DNA of 64,000 nt from Eukaryota sp. TZLM1-RC (lineage: Eukaryota; Protista; Metamonada: BaSk clade), in NCBI GenBank assembly GCA_040285825.1, contig JAUPSS010000007.1, positions 2,392,689 through 2,456,688 of the forward strand, in the 5' to 3' direction. This document shows, one piece after another, positions 57,009 through 64,000 of the stretch (positions are counted from its first letter, which is position 1; each line of letters starts with the position of its first letter). The position numbers and the translations under genes were made by a program. The notes beneath the pieces were generated by a model that was not told where the DNA came from, did no database searches, and saw nothing but the letters and a program-made list of their open reading frames with translations.

Positions 57009-58189
57009 TTTCAGGTTTTGTTTTGTTTAATTGTATCATTACGGTGTTTATAATTTTTTTTGACTTATCTTCTATCGAGGATTATTGTTTGTTAATAATA
57101 AATAAGTTTATAGTCTTTGTTATTGTTCTGCTGTGGGCCTTTTATGTTAGCTTTCTCTGTAGCAGTAGAATGTAGCTGAATCAATCAGTTGCTTGCTCTA
57201 ATGGAAACAACTCAATATTTTGCAGGAACATTAGGTGAATATACAAATCTTTAATCAACACTCCTTCTTGAATGCTTCGATTGTCCATTCAATTCAACAA
57301 TGACACCTTCAGGTAGATTGAGGTCTATCTGGTTCTTCTGTTGATTATATGAAATCCATGGTGAAATTTGGAATATATTTCATATAAAATACGTGCCATG
57401 AATAAAAAAACAATTTCTCCTGCTAGCAAGCAATTACAGCATGCAAAAAATCCAATCTTTTTCTGTACACTGCTGCACACCCTCACCTCTTGCTCTTTCT
57501 ATAAAATTCGTCTTCAACATCCAAATACTTTCAAACCACAGTTTCTTCAACGGATTCAGTTTTATGAAACTTAAGTATACAATGTATTTCAGCTATTACA
57601 ACGTTATGTACATTGCTTGTACGAGTAAAAAAACAACAATTCAGGAAATGGTCCAATAAGAACTATGCACGAAATTAACAAGAAATTATTGAATTTATAA
57701 AGCCATTCTAACAGAATTGAGATTGCATTTTATTATTCCAATTGAGAACTTGCCTTATGACAACTGCGCTTATGTGAATTCTCGGCTACTCACCTCATAT
57801 TATGCTGCCATTTATTCCCAAATGATTGCAATTATTCCATACTTTATGTTGCCAGAGATACTGGTTTCGATGTGGTTAGAAAGGAAAAAATCTTGTGCAT
57901 CAAAAAGCCTTTGCTTGAAGAAACACCGTAGTTGAATGAAATTAAGTCTGATAAAGATCATTCTTTGTGCGATTGAACTGACAACTTTTAAAATATTTTT
58001 TTATTTTTGTTATTCTTTCATGGTTATGTGTTGCAAATTACATTTTGGTTCAGAGAAGTGAATTGAATACTGCAGATCTATCCAAATTCATTGTGTAAAA
58101 AAAACATTGAAAATATCAGGATGATATGGAAGAGATTAAATTGACAGAAATGAACATCTTCTTCTATTGTTTATGATTATGTTTTTAAT

Positions 58190-59080
58190 GTTTATTCAAT
58201 TTTGTATCCACAAATATTTAGTCAATTTATTTTTTTAAGGTAATTTAAGGGAAGAAGTATCAAATTTATCTTCTGAGTTATCGCAAACATGTGTTTTCCT
58301 ATGCTATTCAAGACATTTCAGAAAGAAGTTTGTCTTCATTGAAATTTGCACTGAGAAGAAACCAAAAACATCTCAAAAATTTCAAAAGTAAGAATTTTAT
58401 TTTTCAACTTAGCACAGCTTAGCAAAAAAATCTTGCTTTTGCAAAATTTTTGATTGATTTAGAAGAGAGCTCATTTGCAGTTTTGCTGAACCAAATTCCC
58501 CAAATCTATGGGTTATTTTTAAATGATGACGTATGGACTACTACCATGAGGACTCGTTGCTTTCTATAAGCAGATGTTACCTTCTCTAATTTTGATGTAC
58601 AGGATTCACAAGCTTCTGGACATGTTGAATTAACCAATTTTAATGGCCCTGTATTAACTTTGCCCAGTGATCTATTTTGCAAATGGAGCTGGTTTGACAT
58701 TATCACATTTTGTTAATTGCAACAGATTTATTTCTTATCGTTCCACTTTACATGATGCTGACAGAGATCAAATCCATGCAATGTGCAATTCCTATCCTAT
58801 TGAATTATTTGTAGAACCGTTGTTGATGTCTCTTGATATAAACGAAAATTTTAGAGATTCAAAGTATGAAAAACAACGTGCTGATGTTTTTATGCCCTCA
58901 TTTGACGATGATTTGAATGTTGTTGATGTTGTCACAGTAGGTGTTTGCAAGAAAAATGTCTTGAAAGATGCACAATCCGAATTATCCCCCCCTGATGATT
59001 CAGAATTGTGCAAACGAAAGACATATGCAAATACTTTGAAAGAATTGAAGCACTTTCGCCGTGTGAATTACCAAATTTTG
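58190..59080 (+). mobile_element. RLE retrotransposon remnant
   Basis: QIPQIYGL..DDVWTTTMR, LSHFVNC..HDADRD, RADV..VVDVV. Confidence 0.8.
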
Positions 59081-59629
59081 GAATACTTGAGATCTGGCTC
59101 TCCAGATCAATCAAAGCAACTCTTTTTAGAGCTTGTTGATTATATATACCAACAAAATAATCACATCCGATTTGAGAACATTATAGCAGGTTATTTATTA
59201 AATCTCAGGATTATCGATGATTTAATGCTAACAGCTGCAAAGTTTATCATGATAGTATTTTTAAATTCTTAACACATCAACTCTTCTATGTCTTTCTGCC
59301 TCATCGTCATCAAATATGTTTTTCAAATACAAATTTGTAATCGAAAAACAAGCATTGTGGAAAACAGACACTGTGGAAGGCTCCACGAGCAGAAAAGTAC
59401 CTCTGCTTGAAGAAGATGCTAATAACCATCGAGTAGCTCCTTCTGCTGCTGCTGTTGATATCCTTTTTGAACAAGATGATGGTATAATCAAGAATCATCA
59501 CATTCTCACAATTTTAGTAAAGAAAGACAATAACGAACAAGAATTCGATTCTAAAACAAAAAAACAAGATAAATCATTCTGAAGCTAACAACTGATAACT
59601 GTTGCAATAAACCACTCAAAAGAAGGAGT

Positions 59630-59842
59630 CAAGATATTGATTTAAATCATAAGGCTTTCAATAGAAATAAAGCGATACATACCTTTGGTTGTGATATTTT
59701 TACAGATGGGATAGGTACACGTGTTCAAAACATTCTTTTGAGCTAGGGTTTGATGAGGTTACTTTAAAGACTGATATTCATGATTCATCACAAGAAAAAT
59801 TAGATTCGTTGAAATCAAAAGTTGTAGTAGGAGTTGACCCTA
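59630..59842 (+). pseudogene. Fanzor internal fragment
   Basis: DLNHKAF...FGCDIFTDG and KVVVGVDP (RuvC-I), cut off by the neighbouring element's tail. Confidence 0.6.
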
Positions 59843-59844
59843 AA

Positions 59845-61640
59845 TTTTATTTTATTTTATTATTTTTATTATATTTGCCAAAAAAATATCAAATCTTTTA
59901 ATTATTTTTTTCTTGAACCATTTTTTGAAAATCATTCAAAAAAGTTCCAGCTTCTACTGATATTCTTCCGTTTTTTGAAAATGGGAAAACAGTAAAAACA
60001 AGAGGTCTATTTCTATCAGCATCAGCGTCTTCGATATCTTTCTTTTATTTTCTTTGTTTTTCTTTAGCTTTAAATTCAAGAGCACTTACAGGATTAAGTT
60101 TTCTTCTTTGCACCAAAGTGTCATTTGCAACATTACATGAGACAAAGGCAACAACAGCGTCAGAGTTCTCAATCCAATCACAGTATTCATCACCTCTATC
60201 ATGAGAGCCAAAATTATTCAATGATAGTGTTTCATTCTACAGAGGCTATTAGATACACGAGATTCTTGCAGTTCGTGCCACATCATAAATAGTGTCTCTA
60301 ACAGCATTTAAATCATGTAATAAAGAACAATAAGTTATCAATGTCGAAAAATTCATAGCATGAGGCAAAGTGAGCTGCGGTGAATCCGAACAAATACATT
60401 TTTCTTTTGATAATAATTGATTAATGGGAATATTCACCTATAATCTCATTTTTGTTACAAAAGCTTCATTAGTAGCACACAGTCCAAATCTTCGCAGTAG
60501 AATGGTTTCCAACAGTGAAGAATCTGATGACTGATTTTCACAAACACCCTTTCCAATAACAATGAGTGAAAATCTTGATTTAAAACAGCCGAGCTGCTTA
60601 TATTATTATAAAGATCTATTTTATACATTTCAGCCAATCGTTTCTGTAATGTTCAAAGAGTGTTTTTTAAATTTAAAAAATTCTTTTCTGGAATATTGCC
60701 ATCGAATGATTGAGGAAAGCATGGACTCCATTTTTGTACATCAATTTTTGAAATTTTTTCATTTAATGCAAAAACAGTGGAACTTTGCGCTTTCATTAAT
60801 AAATCTTCCCAATCGGCAAATCTTTCAAAAAACTCAAAAATTGCATTTCTACATACACCAATAAAAGCACATGAAGTAAGAATAGAAGCCTTTGTCCAAC
60901 CTAAACCGCCATATTGTGGACTAAGATAAGCATGATCAGGAATTTGGATTATTTTACATCCTAGTAATTGTGACAAGACTTTTACACGAAATTCATTAAA
61001 GTTCTCGACAAAGGCCTAATGATAAGAGGATTTGTAAATCGAAATATATGATTAAAGTTGGAATTAAAACATAGTCTTATAATGGTAAATTTGATATGTT
61101 TCTGTATATCTACAGTCATCATACGGTCAATGTTATCGGAAATTGAGTTCAACTTTTCAAATAATTCTTTGGCAATTTCATCATTATTTCCTAAAAACGA
61201 CCCTAAATGACGAATAGCATCAATTGAATATAATTTAACTTGAATTTCAATACCATCAACTATTGTAGAAACTGGAAAATTCGAAAGTAGAACACATTTC
61301 AGTAAATTAAGTCGAAGGACAATTTTGTTCAATAATTCTTTGAAACATACAGTTGCTTTTTTCACAATCTTTAAGTCATTTATAAGAACAACGTAATCCA
61401 TATAGGCAATCATTTTTAGCGAAAGAAACATCTTTTGAATTTGCAATAAAATAGGATGAATGGCCAGACAAAACAAAAAAGGTCCAAAATCTCCAAAAAA
61501 TCTCCATACTTTAAACCACTTGATGATTTCAAAATAGAATCACCAAAATGAAAATCAGAAGTTGTGCAATATGTTGTTTGACAATAAGGCATTAATTCCC
61601 TATTAATTGACCCTGAGGAAAATGACCTTATGAGACTAAC
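59845..61640 (-). mobile_element. RLE retrotransposon remnant (RT plus RLE), same family as 45400-47030
   Basis: FCLAIHP, AYMDY (YxDD mutated), RHLG, GGLG, CICSDSPQLTL, RGDE. Confidence 0.85.
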
Positions 61641-61739
61641 TTCCTTTAAGTGTCAACACAAATATCAAGTAAAAAAATTTATTTACAAAAGGCAAATTAA
61701 GAAAAATCGAAGCAGATTATATGTCGAGGACGTAAATAT

Positions 61740-62450
61740 CCAGTCGAAATTTTACCTGATAGGTTCCTTATTGGCGTTGATCTGGGACAATCTAGATTAT
61801 GTGGTTACTTCTTAACTGATAATCCATATGGAGTTATCCCTTGTCCAACTGGCACAAGATACATGACAAAACCTTTCGCCAGTAAACACCCTCCCAACCA
61901 ATATTCTGTTCAAAATTTCAACCAATATTTGAACCATTGGAATTTATTCAGGAGGAAAGTGTATATAGAAAGTAATCGCCAGAAATGGAAAATGATTGAA
62001 TTTGATAACCGCAGACGAAAAGAGAAACGGTTCCGAAAGAGTCTCAACAAATTTTAAAGGCTGGCTGGACATTCTGAAAAACTCTACCTTGCGGTGGGTT
62101 CTGCTAATTCCCCTTCTGATTGCCGAAAGGTCAATCGATATGGATCAACAAGGGCTTTTAGAAAATGGTTGTGTTATCAAAGGGCGTGAAGCACTTGTCA
62201 ACCAGTGAATTCAATACAAGCAAACTATCCAGTTGTTGCATTGCCGAGAATATTCAAGCAGGCTCATGGCAGATGCGTATTTGTACTGAGTGTCAAATAG
62301 TATATGACAGAGATATTTCCGCTGTAAAAAATATTCAAATTAAGAAGAAAGCGGAATTGTGGGTGGCCGAAAAGATTCATTTGCCCAAATGCTCTGTTGA
62401 GGAGATGAATGGGGAACCTGAGCATACAGAAACAAAAACTTTGGAAAAAC
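61740..62450 (+). pseudogene. Fanzor remnant
   Basis: LIGVDLG (RuvC-I, ~61770), AVGSA, SEFNTSKLSSCC, CTECQIVYDRDISAVKNI. Confidence 0.75.
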
Positions 62451-62974
62451 TTATATCTTTTTTGAGTTTCTTTATTTTTTTTTAATTTTTTTAAAAACTT
62501 TTGAGGCCGATCTACAAATACCTTGGTAGCATTTGGTAGATTCACTTAAATACATCAAGTCGCGAGGCTTTGTCTTGTGAAAGCAGTAGGTGTATTTAAG
62601 TGAGGTAGCCCATTGATGAAGATCATGATTGTCTTTGTCAAATGACGCTACATCTCTCTTACGACCTGTTAGTAGACACTGAGAAAGTTGAATACAGGAG
62701 TGAATTTTACAGGGAAATGTATGATGAGTGACATTCACAATAGTTACTGGATAATTTATATTTAAATTAAGTCATTGCAATAACTAAGTACAAGTTATGA
62801 GCAGCCGTAGAAAAACAAACTGAGAGTTTGGGTCCTAACATTTTTGAACCTGATCTGAACTGAACCAGTTGAAAAAGCTCAGAACCAGTTCCGAATTGAC
62901 GCAATAAAAGCTTTTGTTTCTTTGGTGAAACTTGTCTTCACCAACATTAAACCTATTAAACAAAGTGTTCATTG

Positions 62975-63511
62975 ATGGACGATCCTGACTCCTTCTTTCC
63001 TCCTTCTATGGATTTTTCACTTCCAGAAGATTTCGACACAACTCGTATTCCTTCTCCTCCTACAACACAACACCCTCCCCAGTCCGAGGCTACTGACAAT
63101 GAAGTTATCGAATCTTGGACACAACCTCCATTTGCTGATACCGCAGGCCACTTTACCCGTGTGGATCTTAAACTATCAGCTTTGCTTGCTGATACTACTT
63201 TTAGAAATGCTCACCCACATTTAAAAGAACGTCTATCCCTGTATAGAGACAAGGCAACTACCTTTGAGAGCATCGTTAAGTGGAAATTACGCACCATTTT
63301 TGGTCAAGCCAGGAGAGATGTACACGTGTGCATTAAGGCTGCAGTGAAATTATTTGTTGTACAGTTAATAGAGGAAGCGTTGGAATTACAGAAATCAAGT
63401 GGTGAACCCTTACCTTTGAAAAGTTCTTTTGTTGCGACCGCTTTTTCAATAATATCCGCTAGAGGTGATGGTCCTATTCCAGTGAAAAAAAAACGGTATT
63501 TTTCCCGGTAG
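62975..63511 (+). CDS. TAF11: TFIID subunit TAF11 (TAFII28)-like histone-fold protein
   Basis: ERL..YR...F....K..L.....V..K..VKLFV..LIEEA..LQ...GE..PL....V..A. Confidence 0.65.
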   Translation: MDDPDSFFPPSMDFSLPEDFDTTRIPSPPTTQHPPQSEATDNEVIESWTQPPFADTAGHFTRVDLKLSALLADTTFRNAHPHLKERLSLYRDKATTFESIVKWKLRTIFGQARRDVHVCIKAAVKLFVVQLIEEALELQKSSGEPLPLKSSFVATAFSIISARGDGPIPVKKKRYFSR

Positions 63512-63902
63512 TTTTTTGATACAATTTTGCTATCTATGAGTAGTCAATTGGATAGTTTGTATAGTGTGAATTAGTAGAGTCTCAGTTTCAAGCAGAAATC
63601 TCTTTTGTATGGTATTGTTTTGTGGTCTCTATGTGATAAGATTGATTGTAAAGTATTGTTCTTGTATGAGAATAAAACATATTGTTTTTGGAAATTGCAA
63701 ATTATTTGAAATTATATAGCTTTCAATTCTTTAAATCTGTAAGTCCCGTAACAATTGTGTAGTCATTAAAACAAACCACCAACACAATGGCCTGTGTGGA
63801 ATGACACCTCATTCTACAACTTCTGTTGCTGAGTTCCTGTAGTAACAATCAACTAAGAATCTCAATAAGGCTACAATGTGATGAAATTCTTTTACCCAAA
63901 AA

Positions 63903-64000
63903 ATGCGCAAACCTACTGGTACCAAAATGTCTAGTCCTGCTCCTGCTCGATCCACACCTACAAATCCTCCACCGCCCTCTTCTCCTAAAAAACAATGTAT
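63903..64000 (+). CDS. Start of a Pro/Ser-rich ORF that runs off the window
   Basis: ATG at 63903, MRKPTGTKMSSPAPARS..., open to the window edge. Confidence 0.3.
   Translation, partial: MRKPTGTKMSSPAPARSTPTNPPPPSSPKKQC

Noticed and set aside
57100-58150. Short ORFs possibly from degraded transposases
   Set aside because: No convincing catalytic motifs, and too degenerate to call.
1-64000. tRNA or rRNA genes
   Set aside because: None recognised by eye. A covariance-model scan would be needed to exclude small RNA genes.

Overview
AT-rich, gene-dense genomic DNA from a eukaryotic microbe, using the standard genetic code. It is probably a flagellated protist, given the DZIP1-like and NEK genes and rare 28-31 nt GT-AG introns. 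Host genes sit as islands: two ~1750-aa TmcB/TmcC-like multipass membrane proteins, importin-11, a Kelch-repeat/PPP phosphatase, an SLC12 cation-chloride cotransporter, an SPFH/band-7 protein, a NEK kinase, VPS53, a DZIP1-like protein with a large 51-bp tandem array, and TAF11. The spacers are packed with decayed mobile DNA of three kinds. (1) About 12 pieces of restriction-like-endonuclease (RLE, CRE/R2-group) non-LTR retrotransposons, several nested in one another. (2) At least 7 Fanzor (eukaryotic TnpB-like RNA-guided nuclease) loci. One is nearly complete, has candidate terminal inverted repeats and an Asp->Asn change in RuvC-III, and abuts a second Fanzor tail-to-tail, so its predicted guide would be Fanzor sequence. 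(3) A chromodomain Ty3/gypsy element with 81-bp LTRs, a duplicated internal PPT, and an internal inverted LTR-LTR junction segment that creates long hairpins. All family calls come from motif recognition by eye; no database searches were run.
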